Below are positions 24,901 through 38,851 of a stretch of 64,000 nucleotides of DNA, piece after piece. Below the pieces are notes generated by a model that saw nothing but the letters and a program-made list of their open reading frames with translations, was not told the origin of the DNA and made no database searches. Position 1 is the first letter of the stretch; the number at the start of each line of letters is the position of its first letter. Both the position numbers and the translations under genes were made by a program. The DNA lies in assembly GCA_964247055.1 (NCBI GenBank), contig OZ176051.1:9672001-9736000 (forward strand). The letters run 5' to 3'. The DNA comes from Paragordius varius. Its lineage: Eukaryota; Animalia; Nematomorpha.

Positions 24901-27900
24901 TTTAAAAAAACTGAATTATTTAGGAATTCCCGTTTTTAGAGAGTTAGGACGGCATTAAAGATAAAAAATTAATCTTTCTAATGTGTTACCCTTAAAACTT
25001 TCGCTATACTCATATTAAATATTGGAGTTTGTTGTAATATCATTCATGAAATTATGAAATTTATAAAGCCGTTATGGTGGGGCAAATCTAAATCGAATTT
25101 TTTATCGTTTTCAACATCTTTAATGATAAACAACATTTATGTAAAAAACAATTTTTTTTTATTTTTTACGCCAAATATCCGATATTTACATAAATGAATT
25201 AATCCAATACATTGTGATGTATTAATAAATTATTGTTAATAGTATATGTGTGATGAAAAACGCCTCATACACTTAAAACAAATTAACTCATTAGCAGACC
25301 GCAAAAACGAACAAAATGGAGTTTGTAATTCGAATAAAACAAACCCTGCCAATGATAAAATATTAACATCTAGCGATCTCACCTATGATATTAGTCCAGA
25401 GGTTTAAATTTTATTTTAGAAAATATATATGTTTTGTGAAATATATATTTTTGTTATATAGGCAATGTTTACGCTACTGCAAACTGTGATATTTTGCATT
25501 CTTGCTATGCTGATTATGCGTTTAAAATTGTTTGGTACTCCACATCTTTGTATCATTGTATCCATGTTGGCTAATAAAAAGGTTGTATGGCATATTATTG
25601 AAAATCTTAAAATATATCTCCCTTAACGTTCTGCGTTAAAATAAATATTTAGCTGTACAAAAATTGTTTAGTTAATATAATTTATACGAAATTTTTTTAT
25701 AAAGATTTTATAGATATGGAAAATGTATATATATTTTTATTATCTTATCCTACTACATAAAAGTATTATTTAATAGATTTATCCAAAAAGTATATCCAAA
25801 CACCTATTTAAACATGGAGGAAAGAATTTAGAAAATGGCTCAAAATTTTATTTTGTCTCTTGCATGATACTTATTTTATCGATAACTTCTTATCATGGTA
25901 TTAAAAATATTAAGAAACAATTATCAATGCATGGTGAGTATATGAACATAGATCAAGAGGATATGATGAATTGGATTTTGGAAAGAACTCCCAAAGGTCT
26001 ACTAGCAATTAATAATAAATTATTTTGAATTTTATATGGATTTATTAACGAATTGAATATATATTTAAATATAGTTTTACAATAAAATATAAGGTCTACA
26101 TATATCATGTTAAAATATATTTTCTTTATAATATATATATAATATTCTTTTTAAATAATTTTTCTGTTAAAAAATAATAATTATGAAAAAAACGTTTAAA
26201 TCAAAAGGCAAATATTTTTAAGGACTAAAATTTTATATTTCTTCAATATTTTAGTCCTATTAGATTGCTAAATAATAAAGATGATGTGGGATCCACATTT
26301 TTAACTTTATCAATAGGTGTAAATAAATAATTAAGGCAAATATAGGATATATTTTAAAAGCTTTTAGCTTTCTTTTGATGTTTCGTAATATAAATTTTTA
26401 TACTTTAGTATATATAAGATTTTGAAATATAAACTTTAAAGATTAAACGTATAAATATTATGTATATGTCAACATTGCAGATAAATCATTTGCTGGACCT
26501 ATGTCAGTGATGGCCAATATTAAATTATCCACCGGGCGCCCTATAATTAATCATCCCCATTATGAAGATGCTAATTTACGGTTTATTTGTTAACAGTTAA
26601 CTTACTTTACTTTTTAAGCTAAAAATTTAAGACGAAATAATATTCATAAAATGGTAAATAGAAAACATTTGAAACGCTTAATACAAATGAAATTTTTACA
26701 AATTTTTTTGATTATACTTATTTTTAGGCACAACCTATATCTATCATTTTATGCTTAGTTAAATTTTTTTTAGTATCATTTGTTTTATACAATTGTGTTT
26801 TTTTGGCTGATATGTTATTATGAATTTATTAAGGTATTATATTTCGTAATTGTGACCATTATCTAAAAATAACCAGACAAATATTTTATTGAATTATTAT
26901 TATATTTATATTGATATAAATAAATGGTATAAAAGTTAAAATTTGAGAAAAAGTTTTATCTCATAACTTTGTGAGAAATAAAAATGTCTACAAATGAAAT
27001 CAACCATATATTAACACGACAAAGCTTGTTGTTTAATATAATCCTGGCCGCATTTATAAGCGGTCAGATCGGTTATTATTGTTTTATTTAAAACCGATTA
27101 TTAATAATGCCAGATACATATCGATTATTAATAATGTCAGATACATATATTGTTTTATAGTGAAATAACCGAAAAAGTTTACACGCTGTTTAGTCGAAAG
27201 CCATTAGAAGAGGTTCACGCAATATTGCTCAATCTTTCTGTCCATTATGCTGTGGTTGAAGATAATTGGTGCTTTTACCAAGCGTAAATTACAATTTATA
27301 TTCCTTTTTTTTGTTTCCAACATTATCACAGTGTATTTTTTGGTTCATTATTTTTAATACAGGGAGTTATTAAGCGCCGCTTACTATTTTAATCTTTAAA
27401 ACTTAAACTATTCTAAATAGCATTCATTATCAATAGGAATATTAAAACTAAAAATGATTTTTTTGTATAATCACCATATTCAACCTATTTTATATAACGG
27501 AATCGAACGCAACGTTTAATTGTGTTAAAATTGTAATTGGAAATTATGGATTGTTGCATATAAAACACATTGCCTTTTTTATGAATGGATATGCTTTGTT
27601 GACTATGTTAAAAAAGGTTAGAGAAAATTATTTTTCTATTCTAAAAACAGACCAAAATATTAACCTTACTTAATATTTTATATTTTAAAATTCAACAATA
27701 CATTACCTATTTTACCTAATAAAATAATTGTGAAATTAGATGAAAGAATATTACGGAAGCTAGTTTTAGTGCATATTACTTTGAACCTTGCGCTTTATAT
27801 ATAATACCTTCATGCAGTATTAACGAATGAATTTGCAATAATATATCTTGATCATTTTTATTTTAATTTTTTTAAATTGAGATATAAGACATCAAATAAT

Positions 27901-29236
27901 GCCCTGAATACTATTAAATGTTTTATAGAATTTTTTTTACTTGAGGTATTGAGTTATAATTATAAAATCATAAAATCAGGTAGGATTATGAAGTTAGATT
28001 GTAGAGATTACTTTCTAATCAATATAACTATAAATGGAAAATGCTGGCTTTGTGATCTGTTTTTGGAAAACCGGTAGACCCATTCAAATCCAAATTTAAA
28101 AGAATATAATCATTAATGGATGCCCTGACAATAGCTTTGCCCTTTTTTGAATTAGGTCCCCAGTTCGGGCCCACCCCGTGTAAAAAACGGTTTTTTTTCT
28201 TGAAAACAGTCCACAAAAATCGTGTCTTTGCAATCGGAAAACGTGTTGGACCATTCGATTTCAAATATGAGTTTTTTTACATTTTTCCCATTGCGCCAAA
28301 CATTGTCGGCTTGCTTTTTTAATTTAAACCCTTCCTCTCGTAAAATGCCATTTTTTACAAAAAAATTAAGTACACAAAAATAATTTTTTGAATCTATTTT
28401 TCGCCAAAGGTATGAGACCGTAAAAATTCATTAAGAATTTCGGATATTCCCTTTTAAAAGGCAAACTTTTTATTCGTGCGTTTTTTTATATTGGCTGCTG
28501 GGTATACAGATACCCGCTAAAAACTGCCCGGTCATATCGAAAAAGCGTGCCTTTGGAGCTAAATTTCAGAAAACCTATCAGGCCATATGAATTTAAAGGT
28601 TTTTAAAATAACACCCCTAACAAGGCAAAAATTTAGATCGTGGGGTTGTTTAAAATCAGCCGGTAATTAGGCCCTTCACGCCCTGAAAAATGCGCCGCCA
28701 TAGAACAATTTTTTAGTTATGAAGCCATATTTTCAAGAACTTATAAGAACATATGAAATCCATTATTCCAGATATTCCCTATATAAAGGCAAAAATTTTG
28801 CCTAACGCTTTTTTTATACCTGACCCTAGATAAGAAGCTACCCGCCAAAAACTGCGCCAACGCTAGTAATTTTATATAATTTAATGCTTTACTATTTTAT
28901 ATTGATGGAACCACAAGATAATACTAAACCAGCCAAACTGCTAAACATATTATTAGTGTTATATTTTACTAATAAAAATTAATCGACAAGTTTCGTTTAT
29001 ATAACACTATTTAGTTACAGTTAAAAAATTTTTATATTTTATTTTATATTTATAGATCATCTGAATGCACATTACCGGCTATATGGGATTTTATGGATCC
29101 TGACAATAAAAGAAGAGAGCCTGTTTGTTCAATTCTAAGACATAGAGCACACGACGAAAAATTATTTAAAACTTTGTATGAAAATCCCGAATGTACCATA
29201 GTTAAAATACTAAAGAAAAAACGGAAAAAATATTGA
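21961..29236 (+). CDS. DPY19: DPY19-family C-mannosyltransferase, multi-exon (first exons 21961-22098, 22120-22257, 22281-22398, 22480-22573, 22603-22660, 22781-22872; last exon ~29057-29236)
   Basis: [24 protein letters not shown]|[33 protein letters not shown]|[21 protein letters not shown]|[78 protein letters not shown]; all match recalled DPY19L1 motifs in order. Confidence 0.93.
28019..28866 (+). mobile_element. Truncated Helitron-like family H copy in the last DPY19 intron
   Basis: Reverse-complement homolog of the right ends of 31985-33729 and 43570-45498 (accggtagacccattcaaatccaaat..., ccccgtgtaaaaaacgg); begins A|TC and stops near a CTAG|T. Confidence 0.7.
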
Positions 29237-30076
29237 TATATATATTATGTTTGATATATTCTTTATAAAATACTTTTTGGAGAAAAACCCAATTATAATA
29301 TATATATGTATATCCAAATAAAAATATTTATTATCAATTTTGGATTTTTAAAATATTCAAAAAAAATATAATAAAAACTATTTTTCTGGTTTAAAAATTT
29401 ATGATATTTTATTTGCTTAGCTCTTCATATTTAATACACAATAAAATTAAAAATTTACATATTTATGTCCTTTGATGAAAATTGGGATATTTTATTCCAT
29501 TTTAAATTTGGAGAATTAGCAACATACTTTATGCATTAAAATTAATCCCTTTTATGTTTCGACTCGACTCGAAGTTTCGACGACTTTAGATTGGCGTTTA
29601 AAAAGTGCAAAAATGTTACCAATTTACCATTATTTTTAAATGAACATGTGAGTTTTGGACATAGCCTTTAGCCATACCGTATAAAGGATATTTAAAGATT
29701 TTAGATACTTTGGTGTATAGTTTATAAAAGAGTTTCTAGGAGCTGAGATTATGTGTTAATTCAATATCTATTTAAAGTTTGTCCGTGTTCATCAAATATC
29801 TAAGATTTTATCAGATTGTATATTTTATTGATATATTTTAATGATAATCCATTAATAAAATATTTTTAAAAATATTTTAGCTGGTTTCCATAAAAGAGGA
29901 AGTTCAAAACCTTATAATTGATTTAAAATTATTAATTTATGAGATAAAAATACTCATAACAACAATTCGTAACAAAAACAACGAATAATATATATCAAAT
30001 TGAAGAACCGTAAGAACATATTGAACACCTAACATACGGAAGGTAAACATGTGGTATTATTTATGCATGTTTTAAC

Positions 30077-30416
30077 ATGCTGAAATTCTTTACACTAAAT
30101 TGGACCCAATATGCTAATTTTAATTCAAATTTTGCCTCTATCTGCAAGATGCATCGAAAAATTTATCTACGCCAATATCCAACAATAATTGTTCAACCAA
30201 ATGGGTCAACTATATCAACAAAATATTTTGAACCAAGAAAAATTATTAAAGTACATTCCTTATTATGTTTAGCTTCCGATTGATTTGTCAACTTTAACGC
30301 AAGAAGAAAAAAATAGAAGAGCCGCTCGATTGAAACCTAAATTTCAGATGAATGAAAGCGAAGAACTTGTCACAAAAATATCGAGAACAAAATATCTTAA
30401 AATTATGGGACGTTAG
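30077..30416 (+). CDS. MRPL55: Mitochondrial ribosomal protein L55 (bL31m), 105 aa, exons 30077-30250 and 30273-30416
   Basis: NSNFASICKMHRKIYLRQYPTIIVQPNGSTISTKYFEPRKIIK|LPIDLSTLTQEEKNRR matches the recalled MRPL55 pattern (..YPVLLVxxDGSTI.IRY.EPR.....PIDL.TLS.EER) once a 22-nt intron is removed. Confidence 0.9.
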
Positions 30417-30678
30417 TATGCGCAATATGTGGAAAAATAATTGGCGATAATGTTATGTTTTTTTAAATTATCATAACTGTGAAATTAATTGTCTGAACTT
30501 TAAAATGGATGCATAAATAATTTTTCAAATCCACGAAATTTAAATAATTTTTAAATTCGCTTTAATTGTATTACAAACTTTGGCATTGTTCGTGCTAATT
30601 TTTCATTGGGTCAAGAATACACTGTTTGTGTGTATTTTAAACTGGTGTATCTAAATTAAATTATAAAATTTATACTAA

Positions 30679-31170
30679 CATTCCATTACCTTTTGGCGTA
30701 GTTATACCCAGAGCGTTATATAAAATACCTCAACAAGTATTAAACTATTAACCCGAATTTTTAATATGCTTTCTTTACCTTTTTAGCATCATTATACAAA
30801 TTTTTTAAAAAAATGTAAAAGTGAAAAATCTTCGTACTTTTTTGCCGCCACTTTTTCTGTATATTTTTAAAATTGTTGATGCAACTGGCAAATAAATCTA
30901 TATTATAGTTAGAAAATGTTTAATTAACTTTAAAAAGCTTTCAGCTACATATTACCAGCAAGAACGTGATCTATATATTATGATTTTAATATCAGATGTT
31001 TTCAAGAAGCTCCCCCAATTTTACACGATAGGAGTCACAAAATTGTATAAAATATAACCTTTTATATCTAATGCGTGAGAACAGTGTTTGATAATTAATT
31101 TTTAACTAAACTTCCAAAACAGTAAGTTATTTAGAAAATCGAAATCTGGGATATAAAACTACCCCAAAAA
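30679..31170 (+). mobile_element. piggyBac-like MITE family M2, degenerate copy
   Basis: cattccattaccttttggcgtagttataccc(c)agagc ... ctgggatataaaactaccccaaaa. Confidence 0.7.
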
Positions 31171-31984
31171 TTAACATATTTTCTAAATACAACAAATAAT
31201 CCGAAGCCTTGTTTTATAGTTTATTGTCATTGTATGATATGTCATTTATGAATTATAGTTTACTAGCTTATAATTTTTATGTGTGTCTGAGCACTTTCAT
31301 TGAATTCTTATTTATCACACTATGCAGCTCCCAAGCATAAATGCATTGTTACCCTATTACATAATCTACTGATACATTTTTTATGGATAGGTTTCTCAAA
31401 TAAGCGTTGTTTTCCTTTCATGAACTTATACCCTTTCGATATTTCAAACCCTGTAGCGGTCCTTTTAATTTGATTTTATTATATGATTTTATCCACCTGG
31501 CATTCTATAAGAGGGTTAATTATTATGTAGATATCATTCTTACTTATTTTCCGTTTTTTTCATGTTAGCAGCTCGTCTTGCATACAACTTCCCCCGCAAA
31601 TTAAGCACTTTCGCATTCTTTTTAAAATTGCTAGAAGCAATATTATTAACGACAAAAAATGTAGTCTTTAAATCAACTAAATGTTTTCACCGTATTCTGG
31701 AGGGGAGCGGGGCAAAATTTTTTGCCTTTATACGCGATCTGCATTCCTAATTATTTTATTATGTTCTCAAAATTATGGGGTAAAATAGCCTTAAATATAT
31801 TGTTAAGCGGTTTTAAGGGTATTAAGGTTCCAAGCACATCAAATTTAAACAATGATAAAAAAATATTTATTCTGCAATGATCTTAGTATAAAATACATAA
31901 GCAATTATTGGGTGAAACGTGCAAAAAAGCTTTATTTTTGACATCGGTATAGAAATGATAAAAAGGACATTATCAGTTTTAAAA

Positions 31985-33729
31985 GACGTCTCCCCTAGAC
32001 CTATATGGAAAAAGCGCTGAGTTAAATTCTTTCCTTTATAGGGCAAATATTTGAAATTATCTTTAATACCATTGTCTCATGGGTTATTCGAAAAAATACC
32101 TTAACACTAAAAAATCGTTATATGATGGCGTATTAGGGCATAAAGGTTCCAAATTAATGGCTAATATAAAAACGCCTGTCCTTAATTTTTTCCTAGTTAC
32201 AGGTAATATTTAAGGCTTTTAGTGAGCTCATATGGCTTTATAAATTTTCTGTAAATTAGCTCCAAAACAACGCAATTTATATATAGTGGCGCAGTTTTTG
32301 GCGGGTAACTCCTTACCCAGGGGCTGATATAAAAAAGCGGGCAAAATTTTTGTATATGGGGGATATCTGGAATTATCATGGATTCCATATGTTCCTATAA
32401 GTTCTTGGAAATATTGCTTCAAAAAATGTTCTATGGCGGCCCATTTTTCAGGGCGTAAAACTTTACTCAGCGACTCATTAAAAAAACCCCCTATACTAAA
32501 TTTTTTTTTAAGGGGTAATAAATATTTTAGACCCTTATGGAACTCACATAGTGTCATAGGTTTTCTGAAATTTGGCTCCAAAGGCATGCTGTATCGATAT
32601 GGTGAGGCAGTTTTACGCGGGTAGTCAACTAACCAGGGGCGAAACAAAAAACGCTTGATAAAAATGTTAACCCTAATTCGGGTAATACCTGGATCATGAT
32701 CGATTTTATATGTTCTTAATCGTTTTTGGAAGAATGGCTTCAAACCTAAATCAAAGCGCATTTTTCAGGTCGTAAAGGGGGCCTAATTAACGGCTATTTT
32801 AAAAAAACCGCTCGACTTAAATTTTTGCCTTTTTACCGGTAATATTTCAGGCCATTATTGAACTTATATGGCCTGATAAGCAATTAACTCCTGAACAACG
32901 CAATTTCGATATGGTGGCGCAGTTTTAGGCGGGTAGCTCCCTACCCAGAGGCTGATACAAAAAAGCGCTTGAATAAAATTCTTGCCTTTTTACGGATAAT
33001 AGTTGGAATCATGATTGATTCTGTACTCTCATTAGTTTTTGTAAAAATTGCCTCAAAACCAAATAATCTTTCTATGGTGGCGGGTTTTTCAGGGCATGAA
33101 GGACCTAATTAACGGCTAATCCTAAAAAACCGCACGAAAGTTTTTGTCTCATTACGAGTAATATTTTAAGCACTCATTGAACTCATATGATCTCATATGT
33201 TTTCTGAAATTTAGCCCCAAAGGCACGCTATTTCGATATGACGGGGCAGTTTTTAGCGGGTATCTGTTTACCCAGCAGACAATACGCACGACTAAAATTT
33301 TTGGCTTTTAACCGGGAATACCCGAAATCTTCATTGAATTTCTACGGTCTCATACCTTGGGCAAAAAATAGATTCAAAAAATTATTTTTGTGGACTTGGT
33401 TTTTTTGAAAAAAATGGCATTTTACGGAAGGGGAAAAAAGCGAGCCGTCTATGTTCAGCGCAATCGAAAAAAAGTAAAAACTAATCATAGAAATCGAATA
33501 ATCTAACATTTTCCGGAAAATTGTCTCAAAGACAGAATTTTTGTCGACCTCTGGTTTCATAAACCCGTTTTTTACACGGGGTGGGCCTGAAATGGGAGCC
33601 TAATTCAAAAAAAGGGCCAAGCTATTGTCGGGATATTTATTAATGATTATATTTTTTCGACATTTGGATTTGAATGGGTCTACCGGTTTCCGGGAAAGCC
33701 AACTTTTTTCATTTTTATAAATATATAGA
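31985..33729 (-). mobile_element. Non-autonomous Helitron-like element (family H) with internal ~158/~317 bp tandem array
   Basis: Minus-strand 5' end A|TCTATATATTTATAAAAATG at 33729; four ~317 bp units (anchors at 32291, 32607, 32919, 33246); colinear with 43570-45498; left (3') end not located. Confidence 0.65.
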
Positions 33730-34094
33730 TTATTATCGAATTGCAACATTCTCTCTTGAAAAGGTGAAAAATTAAGAGTAATATGCAAGCTAGTATTTAA
33801 TTTTCCATTGTAATTTCCGTTAAAATAGAGAAAGCTTATTAATTTAAATAGATTTTGGCATACTCTTCCTATTATTTTATGGAAAATGCAAAGAATGTAA
33901 ATTATATCTGCAAAATATTGGGAAATATTTCAATGTGAGAATTATTTTTGGATGAAACGAAAAATGAACTCGTTATTACCATAATTATTGTTTATTTATT
34001 TAAGTAATTAATTGATTATTACTTATATTACATGAAATATGTGAAAAATTTATTTTAAAAAAAATCCAACTTTTCACAACGGACAGTTAAGGTG

Positions 34095-35566
34095 ATGGTA
34101 CTTTTATTGAAACAAAAAATTATTGGTGCTAATACGTATCGTTTAGAATTTGCTTCCTACAAAAGTCTTATACGTAATAGTACATATTATGGTTTAAATC
34201 AGAATATCACCTGCAACGTTTATAAATCTTATAAACCAATTGAGTTGCTTATTAATAAATGGGTTGGGATTGCCGCAATCATTATACTTATTCTTGGTGT
34301 TTTGGGGAATTCCATAGGATTACACGTAGCTTTAAAAAGTGAATACGCATATATTCGAGTGTATTTAGGGCGAGTATTATATGCTATTAACTTGGTGAAT
34401 GCGATATTTCTGCTTCTATACCCGGTTCTGGATATCTTTGGAAGAAATCGATTGAAATGGTTTCAGTAAGTAGATATGCATCTTTTTATATTTTAAATTT
34501 TAACAATTTATAAATTTTGGCTTTATTATTTATAATTATAAGATTCGGAAAACCATGGAACCGCTACCTCACTACACTGCATTTTCCAATAGCGAAAACG
34601 TTCGTTAATTTTTCGTTTACCATTTACCTTATTTTCGCTTCCTGTCAAATGCTAGCTATAGCCTACCCAATGTATTATAAAACAAGAATTACCCGTCGCA
34701 AAATTAAATTCACTCTTTTATTCTGTTTTATATTTCTCTTGATTTGGTACATTCCCGCTGGTTGGTGGTTTGAATATAATGGAATCTCCAAAATTTGTGG
34801 GCTGAATAATCCAAACCAAACTCTTTATCACCGACAGTTTTCAAATTATGTGAGTACGCGGGAGAAAAGATCATGGATAGCGTATGGCTTTTTTCGAGAA
34901 ATCATAACAAAATTTATACCTATAATCCTCATCATAGCCTTAAAATATGTATCAGCAAAACGTCGTAAAAGCTCACCCCAAAAATTTATAACAACCCTAC
35001 CGTCCAAAAAACAACAATCAATCAGTCCATCGTGCATCACAGTGGAAGATGTGTGCACTAATGTGAAGACTTCTTCGCCAGTCAAAAAATTATCGCCTGA
35101 TGAGGGTTATGGTGGAACTCCTTTTTCACCCGAACAGATTTCCCCTAAGGAACTATCTTTTACGTTTTCTCCAGACAGGCCAGGTGGCCCCACTTCTCCA
35201 ACATCCTTTTTTAATGCCCCGACGACAAAAACAACCGCTTCCTCTAGCTTAGAATCACACAGTCAATCACCGACAACATTAAACAGAGCTAAACGAAGAG
35301 AGCTCGAATATCGTATCAGTATTCGCATGTTGGCAATTATGATGGCTGAATTCGTGATTTTCCTTCTCCCCGTGTCAATTTATATTCTTGTCGTAGATTT
35401 CATTGATTATTTATTGTCCTCTAATACGTCAGAAATTGCATTCGCTATCTGTACCTTGTTTGAATATGCCTATGTATCCCTAACATTCCATCTAAATTAC
35501 ACTTTTAACCCTGAGTATAGGAGGAGTGTTAATGCCGTCCTACAAAAACAATTCAAAAAAGTGTGA
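34095..35566 (+). CDS. Class A (rhodopsin-like) GPCR, peptide-receptor-like, 464 aa, exons 34095-34465 and 34543-35566
   Basis: Seven hydrophobic segments; TM1 LILGVLGNSIG; TM4 LLIWYIPAGWW; TM5 KFIPIILII; TM6 MLAIMMAEFVIFLLP; phase-2 intron CA|gtaagt..ag|A; start codon uncertain. Confidence 0.85.
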
Positions 35567-36245
35567 TAAAATTGTGTTTTATTGTATTGATATATGTAAA
35601 TCTTAGCAATAAATGTATAAATAATTGACTTATCTTAAAATTTTATATTTCTTAACACTAGACACACTATTTTGGATCCCTTCAAAACATATAAAACATT
35701 AAATTTGGCCCAAGTCGTTAATTTAATTTCGTCAAAATTAGTTTATCATTATTAAACTAATCTAATGACAATGTAAGTTTTAACTATAAATCTATATTTT
35801 GAATTAATATTAATTAGGATCTTGTATTGTAAAAGATTCTATTGTTATCTCCGTATTCTTGTAAATAATAATAGGTATGTTAAGTAGATTATCTTATGTA
35901 AAAGGTATGCCAAACCTTTTATCATATCGACATATAAGATTCCTTCTTTGAGTAGTAAAATGCGTTAGTTGTATCGGAAATCTTTGTTTATGTAAAAATG
36001 ATACATAATTGGATGGATGAATTTGGTAAATTTAATAGAAATAATAATTAATTAAATTAGGGAAAGAAAATGATAATTTATATAATTTAAATAGCTAATT
36101 TTTTTTGCACCATACATTTAACCAATTTAACTTCATATTCAGCTCCCCCAAGACTTCGAATATGTTATCCTCAAACTGTAATGCGCAATGAACCCTTTTA
36201 ATTTTATTTAACTAATTCAATTTAGCTATAAATCATATATAAAAT

Positions 36246-38812
36246 ATGCCGTTACACCGTTTACAAAATTTTATTCAGGAACAAAGGTTTTTTATGACCA
36301 AACAAAACTTAACGGATTATAAGGCTGAAAAAAATTGTACATTCTTTAAAATTTTATCGCCACTTGAACAAACACTCAAAGATATCATAGAAGTTGCCGC
36401 ACCATTGATATTGATATCCGGAATTCTGGGTAACAGCATCGGTCTGTACGCTTCTCTTCAAAATCATGCTGGTTATATTAGAGTATACCTTATGCGGGTG
36501 TTTTATGCCATAAATTTGGTGAATGCCGTGTTTCTTTTTCTTTTTCCCGTATTGGATGTGTTTGCCGAAGAGCATTTCTTACAATTCAGGTTATATAATG
36601 CGCCTTTTTAAATTTTATGCTAACAAAGTTAAATAATGCATAATATGTGACCAGTTTTTATTGGTTATTTTCCTACTGAACTGATATAAAAATTTGCATT
36701 ATGCTTATCATAATATAGCCTACTTTCCACCTGATCATAAAATCCTCATGCTCATTACTGTTTCTTTAATTTACGAAATACAGGCAAACTATTATAGTGT
36801 TATTTATGGTTAGTGCTAAGGCATCAATGAATTAAATATATAATTTTAGTTTTAATCATTTATATTTATTTTGTAATTATTAAATCTAAAAAAAGAAAAA
36901 TATTATCAATTGAAAAGGGTTTAATAATATTATTTATGATGATACGGATAATGAGGCATAATACATATTGTTATGAGGTCAGGATTCTCTTATTTTATTT
37001 ATATACTCTGTCAATTATTTTCAAAAACAAATACTCTATTTTTGTGCAATTTTAAAGAGCTTTATCAAAGGTTTAAAAGAGTAAAGTAAGAACTTAAAAA
37101 CTATTCAAAGAATTTTATTATCTGTAATTATAGCGTCATGCCTTTTATATTCACATACGGTTTAATGAGTAGTCTCTGAAAAGTAGTCAGACGATTAATT
37201 TGACACACACTTATTTTGTTCATTAGACATTAAATGTATACAAAGTTGAGTCTACCAAAAACAAGCGTATTTTTTTACCATTCGGTAATGATGTCTGCCT
37301 GAAGGAACAATTGCGATGAGCATTGTTTTTCATATTCCAGGAAAAAGAGTGTTAAGTCAACGTTTGCTGGTAGATACATATGGTAAATATGCTCATTTAT
37401 TAAAACATGTGAAGTTCGAACATTTAAAAGTTGTGATATCAATGTACAGGAAACTAAGAGATCTGGTAACCATACAACTGAGAAGACCATATGCATGTAT
37501 TATTGGGTGATGACCCAATTCAAACTTACCATTGATTGGCAGATGCAATACATGGATCGCAAAAAACAATCAGCAGACATCTACCAACAATTGGAAAGGT
37601 CAATAAAATTGGGTCACAAAATTTGAATAAACGTCAAAAAATAGCAAAATAACCTATGTAATCCTGCTCATTGAAAGAAAATTATTTTTGCATCGATTTG
37701 GGACCAATGGTGCTTAATTTTGCTAATTCAAAGCTGAAAAAACATGGTTTTGTCTTGTTGAGCCGGCCAATCAACATTTAAGCCAGATCACTTCGGCATA
37801 AAGATCATGCTCTGTATCTGTGTACCATAGCAATATTGAGTGTAAAATTCTGAAGCCCGTAGAAACCATTAAACAACGCTATTGCCAACAACTGTTTAGT
37901 TTAAACCAGTGGTAAGCATGGGACCAAAAAAAGGTTTTTATGGCCCGAATAATATATTAATTGTTTATGTACTTATTTGGGTATAAATACCTGCAAATGT
38001 GTTAAACAGCTATAAAATCCTTATAATGGTTGGCTTTTGACACAAGAAAATGTATTTTAAATTTTCATATTGAGTACCACTGATTTAAATTATGAATTAA
38101 TCGACAAACCACCGGAATGAGCCAGAATAAAAAGTGATCCCGGAATAGCAAAACCATTAAGACAACTTGAAATAACCTCCTCTGTAGATTCTTTCGCATC
38201 CGGCGTATCCTAATATGGCGCCATCTGAACAACTCATCGCATCAATGGGATGCATACTCACTAAGTAGCACTTCAAAAATTTCGAAAACGTCGGAAAATG
38301 GCTAGATAAATGGTTTCCCGCAAAAGACATCAGTTTATTGGCATGACATTACATATAACCTGAGAGATAGGCAAAATGTGTGGAAGCAGACGGACAATAT
38401 TGAATAAAAATCGATCTCATGTCGAGAGTCGTGCTTAAATATATTCAGCGGTTATATTGCTAAAAGATTTTTTATTTAGTATTTACTATTAAATATATAA
38501 TTTAACGCAATAAAATTTTTGAATTAATGTGCTGGTAAGAGGTTTCCTTAATAATTCCACGTCTGATAGGTTTACTGGTTATTTAATATCTACACCATAA
38601 CTTATGTATACATGCTGGTATTAGTAGACACTTTTTTGTTCATATTTGACTATATAATATTAAAAATAATTGAATTAATTTATATTTTTTATAATTTAAA
38701 TTTAAGACATAATTGTTTTTAGATAGTATAAATTTTTAATTGAATTCGGCCACTACATTATAAAATCAAAAAATGATTCCGCAAACTATCTTATATTGAA
38801 TTTTGAATTGTC

Positions 38813-38851
<39 letters not shown>

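Noticed and set aside
26255-26310. Additional DPY19 exon
   Set aside because: The only open frame needs a phase-2 entry whereas the upstream donor is phase 1; orthologous sequence is continuous without it
32197-32761. ORFs of 177, 63 and 63 aa (also 28028-28322, 33342-33788, 43909-44142) as genes
   Set aside because: They lie in family-H repeats and frames are not conserved between copies
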